From NCBI GenBank assembly GCA_025558095.1, contig JAIVFI010000027.1, positions 248,001-312,000 of the forward strand: a stretch of 64,000 nucleotides of DNA, written 5' to 3'. The stretch is from Hyaloraphidium curvatum SAG 235-1. Taxonomy: Eukaryota > Fungi > Monoblepharomycota. Below, piece after piece: positions 12,861-24,314 of the stretch (positions are counted from its first letter, which is position 1; the number at the start of each line of letters is the position of its first letter). The notes below the pieces were generated by a model. The model did not search any database and was not told the origin of the DNA. It saw only the letters and a program-made list of their open reading frames with translations. A program made the position numbers and the translations under genes.

Positions 12861-14156
12861 ATGCTTTCCCCCGCCGAGACGCCCGTCCCGGCTGCCGCCC
12901 CCGCTCCCGATGCCCCCGCCGCGCCCGGGAAGCCGGTCGAGCCGCTGCTGGTCGCCGACCCGAACCGCTTCTCGCTGTTCCCCATCCAGTATCACGAGGT
13001 GGGCTGCCCTTCCCGTGTCCCGGGGCCCCTTCCGAGCCGTACCTGACCGCCCGTCCCGCCCCGACTGCAGGTCTGGCAGATGTACAAGAAGGCCGAGGCG
13101 TCCTTCTGGACCGCGGAGGAGGTGGACCTGGGCAAGGACGTGCACGACTGGGAAAACAGGCTCAACGACGACGAGCGCTTCTTCATCTCCATGGTCCTGG
13201 CCTTCTTCGCCGCCTCGGACGGGATCGTGCTCGAGAACCTGATGGAGCGGTTCTCGCAGGAGGTGAAGCGCTGCATGCTCGCTCGAGTGGTCCTTGTGTT
13301 GAACCCCGTGTTCCCCCTTTGTTCGTCAGATCCAGATCCCCGAGGGCAAGTGCTTCTACGCCTTCCAGGCGCAGATCGAAAACATCCACAACGAGATGTA
13401 CTGCCTGCTCATCGACACCTACATCAAGGACCCGCAGGAGCGCGACTTTCTCTTCAACGCCATCGAGAACGGTGCGTTGACCTGCGGCGCCCCCACGGCT
13501 CTCACTTCCATGCTCACCCATGTCCTCGCCCTCCAGTTCCCAGCATCCGCAAAAAGGCCGAGTGGGCGCTCAAGTGGATCTCGGACCGCGACTCGTCCTA
13601 CGCGCAGCGCCTGGCCGCCTTTGCCGCCATCGAGGGCATCTTCTTCTCTGGCGCCTTCGCCTCCATCTTCTGGCTCAAGAAGCGCGGCCTCATGCCCGGT
13701 CTGACCTTCTCCAACGAGCTCATCTCGCGCGACGAGGGGCTGCACACGGACTTTGCCTGCCTGCTGTTTTCCATGGTCAAGGACAAGCCCGACCCGAAGG
13801 TCACCCGCGCCGTCATCACCGAGGCCGTCGCCATCGAGCAGCACTTCTGGTCCGAGGCCATCCCGTGCGCGCTGATCGGCATGAACGTCGAGCTGATGAA
13901 GCAGTACGTCGAGTTCGTGGCGGACAGGCTGCTCGTCGCCCTGGGGCTGGAAAAGTACTACTTTTCCGAGAACCCGTTCGACTTCATGGACCTCATCTCG
14001 CTTCAGGTGGGACTCCGCCGTCTCCTGCGATCGCAACGGCAGCTGACGTCCTCGCAGGGCAAGACCAACTTCTTCGAGAAGCGCGTGGGCGAGTACCAAA
14101 AGTCGGGCATCCTCACCGGCAACTCGGACGTCTTCACGACCGAGGAGGAATTCTAG
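12861..14156 (+). CDS. RNR2: Ribonucleotide reductase small subunit
   Basis: [15 protein letters not shown]|[37 protein letters not shown] (radical Tyr), [25 protein letters not shown]-terminal EEEF; 4 introns. Confidence 0.97.
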
Positions 14157-14299
14157 ACCCTGCGTCGCGGCGCGGCATACCCGGATACCGGAACCGATAG
14201 TGTACCATACGTAGATCTCCGATCTTTTGGCACGAATATACCACTTGGACACGAATGCTCGCGCCGCACGCTCTCTCCACTCTCCACAGGCCCGCAGTC

Positions 14300-14830
14300 C
14301 TATGCCTCGTACTCCTTGGCAGCCCCCTTGATCCACCGCTCGCCGGCATTGACTGCAGAGGTGTCAGCATGTTACCCGAACCGGACGCCCGGAGCGAGCT
14401 ACCTTTGCCGCCGCAGCACGCGCCCCACACTGCCGCCGGAATCAGACGGCGCCCCGCGATCGGCAAACGGGAACCCACTGTTGGCGTACTCGAGCCTCCG
14501 GTCCTCGAAGAAGGCGTCCACGTCCTCGGCCGCGAGCTTGCGGACCACGGGCTTGAACGTGTCCAGCTCCACCTCGTGCACGTAGGCCGCCCCGGCCTCG
14601 TCCGGCATCTCGAACGCCAGTATATGTCCTGAAGTAAACGTGCTTGTTTTGGAGACGGGACGTCAGAAGGGACGCCGGCCAGGAGGGAGGAGGACGTACT
14701 CGACGTCGCGGACCAGTTTCCCGACCGACTTGAGATTCTCCTCCGCGTCGTGGCCCACGTAGGCGAAACCGTTGGACTCCATCGAGACGATGGAGTCCTC
14801 CCCGAGGGCAGAGGCGGCGAGAGATGGCAT
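14300..14830 (-). CDS. Small hypothetical protein (~125 aa, 3 introns)
   Basis: Manual splice model with GT-AG introns gives a continuous frame MPSLAASALGEDS..GHILAFEMPDEAG..YANMWGACCGGKVNAGERWIKGAAKEYEA*; no recognisable domain. Confidence 0.45.
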
Positions 14831-15066
14831 TTTGGAGAGGGAGTGTTTGATGTCGCCCCTCGCCACAGCCAACAGCATCCGCCGCGATGCGAATACATGT
14901 GCGTCTCCCAAAGTCTGGAGTGAGAAGCCGCAAAACCTGTTGGATCGTAAGAAATCTCGTGATGTAAAGGATGATATGCTTCAGCAATGAATGAACCCGC
15001 ATTGGATGAATCAGGTGCAGTAGGCTGTGTCAAAATTCAGCTCGTACAAGAGTCTGTAGAGGAGAT

Positions 15067-16971
15067 CTAGATGTCAAAGATCTTGCTTGTGCTCGAGCTC
15101 AGGTCCTGGAACAGCTTGCGGCCGAACGCCCCCACAACGGACCCTCCGGTCACCAGGGCCGACGACCCGGTGGCCAGCACCGAGGTCACCGAGGAAGCCA
15201 CCGCGTCCGCCCCCGAAACCACGGCCGACCCCACGCTCGCCGCCGCCACCGCCGCCGCCGCCGTCGCCGCCTCGGCCGTCTGCGCCCAGAAATCCTCCCC
15301 CGCGCGCCTGGCCTCGTCCGCGATCCCGTCGACGATCCCCAATAGCCGATCCAGCTGCAGCGCGCAGTCCTCCTTGCGCATCACCCGCGCCTGCAGCTCA
15401 CCCAGAGCGGCGTCGAGTTCCCCGCCCGCGGGGGCGGACGCAGACCCGCGCATCCACCACGCGGAACGGAGCTCCTCGACCTCGCGGCGGAACTCTTCCA
15501 CGCCCGCGTGGATGTTCTCGGCCTTGCCATGTGCGAGCTTGGCCTGCAGGGATCGGTAGGCTCGGTGTAGCTTTTCGATCCCGGCCTCGAGCTCGGCGGC
15601 ATTGGGTGCGCCCGAAGGTAGGTCCGTCGCGGGGGAAGACCGTTTGGGCGCTCGGAGCAGGACCTTTTCCAGCCGCGCTGTGCGTCCCCTTCCGCAGCCG
15701 ACAATCGTATCTGGCTCGAAAGCCTGAATCAGCTTCTTGGCAAGGCCACGGGCGTTGTGCTCGTCTTCCAGAGAGTCGAGCCGCGTGACCAGGAGAGCGA
15801 ACTCGGCGCGGTCTTTGAACAAGGACCGCACAGCGGCGATCGCCTGTTCCAGCTCCGGCCGCACACGCTGCGACCCGGGCACGCAAAAAAGCACCCGCGA
15901 GACCCGGATGCAGGCTTTGCGCAGGAACTGCACCGTGGGGTCCAGCTTGTGTTCCGATCCCGAAGGCATTTCCGGGATCGCCGGCGTGTCGAGGAGGTGG
16001 ACGACCGTCCCCGAGAGCGTCGCCGCATAGAGGTTCGGATCCAACGTGTCGACGCCGCCGGTGTTGCGGACCGGCCGGTGGCCCTGCAGCAGCCGGATCA
16101 CCGAGGTCTTGCCGCTGCCGGCGAGCCCGAAAAGAACCGTGCATTCCGACACCGGGAAACGGGAGGCCCTCACTGAAAGGAGGTCAATTTTGTGCTCTGC
16201 AGTTTGAAAGCTAGCCCACCTCGACCAAAGTCCTCCGGAACGGCTTCTGCTTGGACTTTTGCGGGCAGAGAAGCAGTTTCAAGGACCTTCGATGCGGGCA
16301 GGAACAAGTGCTCCGCCAAAGCCCCCACGCGGTCCTCCCCGGTAATCACAAAGCTCCGAATCTGCAGCCTGTCTTTCAAAACTGCCGCAAGCGCCTTGGC
16401 CCTCAGCTCCTGCCTCTCGGTGTCGGCTTGGGTGAGGACAAGTACGAGTTCCGTCCGATTCCGAAGCGTCCGGAGCAGGGGCCCCGCCAAATGTTCCACA
16501 TCCGCTGCCAGGAAAGAGGGATCGTCCGAGCGGAGGCAGAGGTAGGCGCAGGAGACGTTGCGGGAACAGCGGCGGAGGAAGTCCAGAGCCGCGGTCGCGT
16601 GCACGTCCCGCTCTGCCGAATCGGCCATCGGATCGGGGCCGGGAAGGTCCGCAACATGGAGAACACCTGATGGGAGGAGCGTCTTGAAATTGTGTAGCGG
16701 TGGGAGTCCCGGCGGTCCGGCACCGACCGACTCGCTCCAGCCTGGGCTCCCCGGGCGCTCCGCCAACAGCCTGCTCGAGAGGCAGTTCCCCTCCACGCAG
16801 CATCTGCAGCAACGCCGACTTGCCCGTCCCGCGCGGTCCGAACAGAACTCGGCATTCGTCGACGGGGAACGCGGAGGGGTCGACTGCGGTCCGTCAGCGT
16901 GGCCCCGCGCGGACGCCGTAGAACCCACCCGGCGAGAGCTCCGGCTCGCTACTCCCGCGGGTCGTGAGCAT
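15067..16971 (-). CDS. Protein with two tandem P-loop GTPase-like domains (AIG1/GIMAP-like) and a helical, Ala/Ser-rich C-terminus
   Basis: Three introns join the frames. Domain 1: FPVDECRVLFGPRGTGKS..VADLPG..VLTQAD. Domain 2: FPVSECTVLFGLAGSGKT..LLDTPA..LVTRLD. Confidence 0.75.
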
Positions 16972-17169
16972 CCTGCCGCCCTGCCGCCCACCGCCGGGTC
17001 CGCCCGGCAGAATCCGTCTGTGTGGTCCGGTTTGCTTTGGAGCGCCGATTGCGCAGGGACGCGACCAACCGGTTCATCTAATTCATGACAACTCGAAGAC
17101 GAACAGATCAAAAGAAGTATAATGAAATGCTATGTACAGAGCTCATCCGCGAGCATTGCCAGTTCAGTC

Positions 17170-17685
17170 TCACACCTCATCCCCCTCATAGTCGCTGCCA
17201 TAGTCTCCGTAGCATTCGCAGTCGCACAATCCCGCTGCAGCAAGCGGGCATCCACCCTCGTAGGCGATAGCAGGGGCCGTCGGCCTACGATGGCTGTAGA
17301 TGCCCCTGCGGTGATCGGCCTTCTGCGCCTCGGTCCAAGACGGCGGGTACGAGTGCTTGTACTTGCAAAAGCCAAACTCCTGCTCGTCGCAGACCCCGTC
17401 GTCGAGCCACGAGAAGCAGTAGCCGTAGTCCCCGTGCGCAAAGTGATCCGACACCCAGCCCGTAGCCCAGGCATCGACCTCGGGTATCCCGGTCGGATGC
17501 GCGAGCCTAACCTGGCCGCCCTCGTCCTGGCCGAGCCAGCGGCGGAACAGGTTGACGTCCAAGCCCGCGGGCACGAACCAGCGCTTCCGGGTCGGATTTC
17601 ACCACGCGCCTAGCGCCTTGGCTTGATTTTTCTCGCGGTACGGGCAGTAAAGGTAGACGTCGCGGGTTTCGATGCGACGCTGTGC
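17170..17685 (-). pseudogene. DUF5710-like domain plus CCCH-like zinc finger, interrupted by an in-frame TGA (5' end unresolved)
   Basis: Frame reads VYLYCPYREKNQAKALGAW*NPTRKRWFVPAGLDVNLFRRWL (TGA at 17599-17601), then CFSWLDDGVCDEQEFGFCKYKH. Confidence 0.6.
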
Positions 17686-18415
17686 CTGCGGGGCCGGAAC
17701 CGCGGCGCGGTGCGCATCAGGCGAGGCCGGCGGGGAGGGCAGGACGTTGCGCTGTGCAACGTGCTGCACCGGCACGCCTTCTGTGACCAGGGCAACATCT
17801 GCTGCGGATCCGGGGCCTCCTTGCGACGGCGATTCTCCGGCGGGCTCTCCCGTTCGGCAGCGGCGCCGGCCCTCCGCGGCTTGGGCGCAGGCCGCTTCGC
17901 GCGCGGCCGTAAAGTCCTCTTTGCACCACCCGCATCAGATTCTGGTAGCGCGACCTCATTTGATCGTTTGTGATTTAAGTTGCGTGTGGGCCAAAGGGCA
18001 CGGAGCCGGAGCTCCCGACGTCTCCCAAGAGCGATTTCACGTGCACTTAGCGAATCGCACCGGAGGTCAAATGGTATGGGCAGAAGAATGGGGATACTGC
18101 CTCATCTACGTTTAGTCGGGGTGGGGTCAGACCGGGCGCGCTTTTGTAGCCCAGAGCAGATTGGTTTACATCAATCAGAGTGTATAGTAGAGGCGGCACG
18201 GCCTCGACAGAGCAGGAGATGCAGTACAGACACATATCTCAAAACCGGTGCGCGAAACAGGTTCGGGTTCTTTCACGCTGTCGTAAGCCATTACCAAACG
18301 TGCGGTGGGTGCGGTGCTGGTGACGTCAAAAAGGCGGGTCAACACGCGACATTCGCGCCTGACAATCGCCCGACCGTCCACCGGCCATCGACCTCTCCAT
18401 CCGGTCAATTCCGCC

Positions 18416-19773
18416 ATGTCGACCATGCAGGGTACTTTCCTCCCACTTGTCCGTGGCGGAAACGCGTCCTGACTGCCGCCCAGCCGTCGTTCTCACCGAG
18501 AAGGGCATGTCCCATTTCGAGGTCGAAGCGACGCCGAAGCCCGACGCGCCCACGGGGAAGCAGATCCTGATCAAGAACAAGGCGACCGCGCTCAACCCGT
18601 GGGCATTTCGCGGGGCGTGTCGGGAGGGTTCTGACGCGCGGGAGACAGGGTCGACTGGAAGATGGCCGACTATGGACTTTTCATCAAGTCTTTCCCCATT
18701 GTTCTGGGCTGGTTCGTGTCTCATTCGCGTGGGCGTGCTCCGCTGGCTCACGGACGGCGCGTCGCAGTGATGTCGGCGGGGTCGTCGAGGCCGTGGGGCC
18801 CGAGGTTACGCGGATCAAGGCGGGAGACAGGGTCCTCGTGATGCCGCCGCTCGGCACGCCCGGGGCGGGCACTTTCGCAGAGTACTCCCTGGGGCGGGAG
18901 GAGCTTGCGCTCAAGGTGGGGTCGACATTGTGCTTGTCGGACGTGGGAGCGTACTTCATACTCATGGTCGTCACGCTGTAATTGACCCGACAGATTCCCG
19001 ATTCCATGGACTTTGGCGACGCGTCTACAGTGCCTGGTGCGTATCACGGCCGTTGTGTGATTCCGACGTGGCGCTTATTCTTCCCAAGTCGGGTGCTACA
19101 CGGCCGTCCTCGGCCTCTTCTACAAGGACTACCTCGGCATCGCCCCACCCTCGCAGTCCTCCGAGAACTCCAAGGTCAAGCTGCTCATCTGGGGCGCCTC
19201 TTCCAGCGTCGGCACGTTCGCGGTCCAACTGGCCGCCGCGGCCGGTTTCGGCACGATCGTCGCGGTGTGCTCCGAGGCCAACTTTGACGTGGGCGACAGA
19301 CATTCCTGCGCTCTTCCTCCTGCTGCGATCGAACTGATCAACCATCCTCCAAACAGTACGTCAAGGGCCTCGGCGCTACCCACGTCATCTCTCGCAAGAC
19401 CCCAATCCCCGAGATCCTGAAGGCGCACCCGGACCTCACCCACGTGCTCGACGCTGTGGGGGAGCAGACCTCCGCGGCCGCGCTGGAACTGCTCAAGCCC
19501 GGGGGGAAGCTGGTCAGCAGCGCCGGGCTGCCCAAGACGGGCAAGGAGGGCGTGCCGATGGCCTTCATCATGCTCGGCGACGTGTACCACGTCCCGCCCA
19601 AGCTCGCGTGGCTCTCGGAGTTTCTCGAGAAGGAGCTCGCCCCGCTCTTCGGGTCCAAGGTCGTCCCGTCGCCGCCCAAGGAGGTCGTTCCGGGCGGGCT
19701 TGCCGGGGTGGTCCCGGGGTTGGAGAAGCTCAAGGGCGGTGTGAGCGCGACGAAGCTGGTGGTGGAGCTCTGA
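18416..19773 (+). CDS. MDR-family NAD(P)-dependent oxidoreductase (enoyl reductase/quinone oxidoreductase-like)
   Basis: ILIKNKATALNP|VDWKM..VLG|CDVGGVVEAVGPEVTRIKAGDRV..GTFAEY, LLIWGASSSVGTFAVQLA, VKGLGATHVI, VSATKLVV; multiple introns. Confidence 0.92.
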
Positions 19774-19932
19774 CTTGGACTCGGGAATACAGCTACGTTG
19801 TAATGACATGGCATTGCACTTTCATTTCCCCTGGCTAGATCGATTTTCCTGCCTTTGGGACCGTCAAGGGCCCATGAACGGCGAATCCGCACCGATCAGG
19901 TCCAAAACCTGGTCAAACGACGCTGGTGGACG

Positions 19933-21027
19933 CTAAGGGCCGGGTGACTTCGCTGGAGACGGCTTCGGACCTCCCGGAGGCAGTGACTGGTGCCTCGGCG
20001 GGAAACCTTTGGCGGCCTCCGAGGCGCCCTCGATAAAGCGCATCGCGTCGTCGATTTTGACCTCGGGAGTGGGCGGCACCTTGGTTGGCTGCGTGGATGC
20101 GGACGGCGGATGCGCGCTGGGCGCATGGGGCACCACCTTCCCGCAGCCCGGACATGCGTTGGCGGCGTTGGAGATTCCCTCCACGAGACCCATGGCGTCG
20201 TCGATCTTGATCTCCGGCCCCGAGGGTTGGTGTGCCGGCGCGGATGCAGGCGTGCGGGCTGCCTCCGACACCCCTTGGGCAAATGAGAGAGCGTCATCGA
20301 CTTTGATTTCTGGTCCGGGCCGCGCTGCCTCGGTGACGCCCTGCGCCAGGTTCATGACGTCATCAATCTTGATCTCTGGGGCTGCCTGTGGCGCTCCACC
20401 AGGTGCCGGGAGCGGCTTGGCTGCCGCGGTAGCAGCGGCAACGGCACCGGGGGCGGCGTGAGAGGCGACCACGGCCGCGATGCCGATGCCCGCGGCGACG
20501 GCGGCGGCACCGACTGCCATCGCAATGCCGACCACTGCGCCGGGGGAGAGCGGGGCTGCAGACTGGGCGGTCGGCGCCTGCGCGGGCGGCACGACGACCT
20601 CCCCGAGCGGCGGGCACTGCGCGGCCTCCAGCACGACGTTGATCGAGCCGGCCATGGTGAATGCGAGGAAGGCGCAGATCGCCTCCGATTCCTTGTCGGC
20701 CGTCGCAGTGCTGCTCAGCCCGCGCACCGACTCGCAGTACTCGGCGAACGCCGCCGCGGCGGTCGTCTCGAGGCCGCCGGCGCGCAGCGTCTCCGTCGCC
20801 GCCGGGTCCGCGTCCAGCCTCGCGCCGCACGCAGCGCCCGACGCGGTGCAGGCGCACGTCTCCAGCGCGGCGCCGCAGCCCGCGCCGCCGTTCCATTTCC
20901 CCCAGGCGGCGCGGCACTCGTCCGCCCACGCGCCGCACGCCCCGGCGCACCCGGCTGCAGCCGCACGCCCGGCCAACAGCAGCATCAGCGCAGACGGTAG
21001 GAGCGCTCTTGTTTCCGTTACTTTCAT
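19933..21027 (-). CDS. Predicted type I membrane protein: signal peptide, Cys-rich ectodomain, TM, repeat-containing tail
   Basis: MKVTETRALLPSALMLLLAG signal-like segment, multiple Cys, TM GAVVGIAMAVGAAAVAAGIGIAAVV, four PE(I/V)K(I/V)DD repeats; intronless. Confidence 0.65.
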   Translation of the reverse strand: MKVTETRALLPSALMLLLAGRAAAAGCAGACGAWADECRAAWGKWNGGAGCGAALETCACTASGAACGARLDADPAATETLRAGGLETTAAAAFAEYCESVRGLSSTATADKESEAICAFLAFTMAGSINVVLEAAQCPPLGEVVVPPAQAPTAQSAAPLSPGAVVGIAMAVGAAAVAAGIGIAAVVASHAAPGAVAAATAAAKPLPAPGGAPQAAPEIKIDDVMNLAQGVTEAARPGPEIKVDDALSFAQGVSEAARTPASAPAHQPSGPEIKIDDAMGLVEGISNAANACPGCGKVVPHAPSAHPPSASTQPTKVPPTPEVKIDDAMRFIEGASEAAKGFPPRHQSLPPGGPKPSPAKSPGP

Positions 21028-21357
21028 CGTCGCTTCGAAGTTCGTTTGTGTTTGTGACTCGAGGTGACGTCGGGGATCCCGGCGCTGCGTCCTTGAGGCT
21101 GACCGATCCCGACAGCGAGACATGCACTTATCCGGCCAGGGGTGCATGGTATCTGTCAGATATAGCCGGTTCGTGCCATCTGAATGTCCCGCACTCGTCG
21201 ACCGCCCTATGGTGGGCTCAGGCGGCTCCCCGCATGCGGTTGCTCTCTGGCGCAAGTCCAGCATCCGCAAAGTCCGATCCTATTCCATCTGGGTAGAAAG
21301 GCGATGCATCTATCAAATGTAGCGAAGAGCTTTGCAGTTAGGACCTTCAGATATTGA

Positions 21358-21886
21358 AACGCCGGCCCGTATGACGAGGACGCCACCCCGAACCCCCTTT
21401 CTGCCTACGGCCGCGCCAAGCTCGAGTCGGAGGCCGCCGCGCTGGCCGTCCCCGGCAACCTCGTCGTGCGCACCGCGTGGGTGTGGGGAACAGACAGGGG
21501 CGGCAAGAAGAGCTTCACCGACTTTGTGCGGGAGACTTTGGCTGCGGGGAAGGGTTCGCGCATCGTCATTGACCAGTGGAGCAACCCCACCTTGGCAGAG
21601 ATTTGGCGGGGGCCATCTGGGCCTTGATTGGGGCTGGTTGTTCCGGGCCGGGCTGTACCATGCGGCTGGATCGGACTGGGTCAGCCGCCTCGAATGGGCC
21701 GATCGGGTTGCGACCATCTTCGGGCTCGACGCGGGCCTCATCGAGCAGGTCACCACCGCGGCCTTGAACCTTCCTGCACACCGGCCGCTGAAATCGGGGC
21801 TGTCGAGCGCCAAGCTGGAGCGCGACACGGGGTTCCGCATGCGAGGGCTCGACGCGCAGCTGGATGCGATCCAGGACCAGGGCTGA
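21358..21886 (+). pseudogene. RmlD-like (dTDP-4-dehydrorhamnose reductase / extended SDR) pseudogene fragment
   Basis: GPYDEDATPNPLSAYGRAKLESE (YxxxK)..VVRTAWVWG..DQWSNPT; frameshift ~21598; DLAGAIWALI; CCGGG duplication 21643-21652; then GLYHAAG..SRLEWA..RPLKSGL. The N-terminal Rossmann fold is absent. Confidence 0.85.
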
Positions 21887-22024
21887 CGCGCGAATGGTGG
21901 TCTCCTTCGCGCGGCTCTCCCCAGCACTGTGAATCATTCGCGTCTCGGACCCGCCCTGCCCGCGACCAGCGCCTTGCTGTGCGGATTTGTGCCTGCCTTG
22001 CGAGCCAGGATCTCCCACGCTTGT

Positions 22025-22761
22025 GGAGTGAATGGCACGGAGGGACACATTCCGGATTGCGCAGGGGGGCTCGCGGCCGCCAGCAGATTCCCGATCGCGG
22101 CTTGGCGGAGAGAAGGGCAGCGGTGACGGCGAAGTCCCGGAGGCGCCGCTTAGAAGAGAGCGAGAGCAACTTGACACCGTGCCCTCAGAACTCAGAAGTG
22201 TAGATGAGAGTCCGGGAATCGACGACTGCCGGGCACAGTGACGCCGATCGATCATCCCCCGCGGCTGCAACGGATGGAACAGCGCGTTGAGCGGGGTGCC
22301 TGCCAGGCGGTCGGACCGTACCGAGGAGCGGAAGGGCACGGCAGAAGAGCACCGAGCCGGAATGCGACCCAGTGACGGAGGTCGCAGAAGCTGCCCTAGT
22401 GCGGTCCCGGGGACGGGAAGGGCGGCGGTGCGCGCAGGCCGGGCGAGGCGTCCGGACGGGGAGGGCGAGGGCCACAAAGCGCCCGATCTCGGCGATCTGG
22501 ATGAGCTTATCTGGGCGTCGATGGTTAAGGGGCATAATAACGCCGACCAATCGCCCGCCGTGGTGGACCAGGTGCGATTTCGGGACGGGAAGGGCAGCGC
22601 TGCCGGCAAGCCGGGCGAGGCGTCCGGACGGGGAGGGCGAGGGCCACAAGGCGCCCGATCTCGGCGATCTGGATGAGCTTACTTCGCGTCGATGGTTAAG
22701 GGGCATAATTAACGCCTCCCAAATCGCTCCCGAAATGGCGATCGCGTTAGTCCCGGGTTCG
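22025..22761 (+). repeat. Inverted repeat IR1, left arm (pairs with 31086-31809)
   Basis: ggagtgaatggcacggagggacac...gttagtcccgggttcg matches the reverse complement of 31086-31809 with a few substitutions and one ~12-bp indel. Confidence 0.95.
22410..22720 (+). repeat. ~172-bp tandem duplication of tRNA-Gly 5' flank plus tRNA 5' half
   Basis: gggacgggaagggc...gatgagctta...gcgtcgatggttaaggggcataat starts at 22410 and again at 22582; a more decayed copy starts ~22111. Confidence 0.9.
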
Positions 22762-22777
22762 AGTCCCGGTCGACGCA
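22686..22777 (+). tRNA. tRNA-Gly(CCC) with 21-nt intron
   Basis: Acceptor GCGTCGA/TCGACGC+A, D-stem GTTA/TAAT, anticodon stem AACGC/GCGTT with loop CT-CCC-A[intron]C, T-arm CCGGG-TTCGAGT-CCCGG, TTTT downstream; 71 nt mature. Confidence 0.9.
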
Positions 22778-24314
22778 GCGATATTTTGCTCGATCGAACC
22801 CCCCAGTGTTTCCCTTTTGCTGCTCTGGTGTCGTGGGCGCGGTTTGGGGGCAGTTTCGGAGGTGTAGCGGCTCCAGGCCGCCTGGAGCCGCTCTGGGGCC
22901 CGTGGAGCGTAGATCAGCCGGAACATATCCCAAAACGACCGCGGCACACTTGCTTACGACAGTTTACGGTGAAATTTTTGTCCGATCTGTCGCTTTTAGC
23001 GATGTGCAAGAGGTGGGGCGGCCGACAGTCGGCAAAGCCGCCGGCGTCGCTTGCCGCGTTCGCCGGCGGCTGGAGACAACCGCAAAACCTCTCGGGCCTG
23101 CTCTTCCGCCAGCGCCTCGCTTCCTGTCTCCCTCATTTCGGGCCTGATGCTGATTTGCTGGCTGCCCGGGACCGAGCTGTGCCCGCAGCTGCTCACCTGG
23201 ACGCGGAGGGTGGACTCGAAACGCGTCCGCGGACAATGTCTCCCCCGGGGCCCGGGCTGATGAAACCGGCTAGGCGCACCTGCGGGGTATCCGTACTGTC
23301 CTATTTCGCCTGCCCCTTCGCGGTACCGTTTCACTGCTGGCGCCGGAGGAGCTCCTCCGGCCAGCACACCTCTGAAGCTCACCGGCGTCGGGAGGCTTTG
23401 GGATTCCTCCTTCGCCGGCCTTAAAGCTGCCGATTGGCATTGTGGTTGCCTCGAACGATGCGCTCGCCGTGACCTGTCGAAGCGTCGAGGTTTGGGCACG
23501 AGTTCAGGAGCTTGACGTTTCGTCGGTACCGGAAAGAAGGAGATCGACTGAACGCCAGTGCTGTCCGGGGATCAAAGTTCGGATACTAGGAGGACTTAGG
23601 ATGTTTCGATGTGTTCCGCTCCACCAGCATTGGAATGTTCTGGGCGGACCCGAGAGACCCGGAGAGACCCGGAGCGGGGACTCGGCGGCGGAGCCCTCGT
23701 TCGGACCTTTGCCCTATTCTGCCTGCCGTATGTTTTGAGCGAAAGTTGCCAATTCTACCTGTTGAACGTTTCTTGGAGGGTCTGGGAGCCACGAGTCGGT
23801 GCTGGACAGGGTCTCGGGGTATGAACAGTCCCTGTCGCCGATGCCGCGTGGTCAGTGTGCCGAAGCTCTGGACGATGTTCCTTCTATCATGCCGCGAGCT
23901 ATGTGATCAACATTCGCTGATTTGAGTGAAGATTGGCGGCTCCGCCAACCTTTTGGCATCCGATCAGTCTCCGGGCCTTTTCCGACACGTCGACGCCGAC
24001 GGGACATGCCTTCCCCTCAGCTTCTCCTATCCTCGTCGTCATTTCTGCTCGATTCTTTGCTCCTCTCTTTGATTATGGCGGCCTTTTCGCCGACGAACGG
24101 CCGATCGCTGGTGCTTGGTCGTGCAGCTGAGCTAGCCCATCGGAGCTCGAGTAGACCAACGACCACCTCGTGCAATAGAAGCCAAAGCCTTCCATCCAAT
24201 AGATTACCATTCTTGCGGTCCATTGTGTTGTCGATCACACCAGCGCGCGATGGAGGGCATGGGACCGCCGCCCCCATTTTCTTTCCCAGAATTCTAAAGC
24301 CAATCGCGGGCACG

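Noticed and set aside
22410-22720. CRISPR-like array
   Set aside because: Units are 145-172-bp whole duplications without unique spacers, and there are no cas genes.
21566-23925. Long ORFs across the IR1 arm and downstream spacer
   Set aside because: They translate tRNA and repeat sequence; no coding bias or domains.
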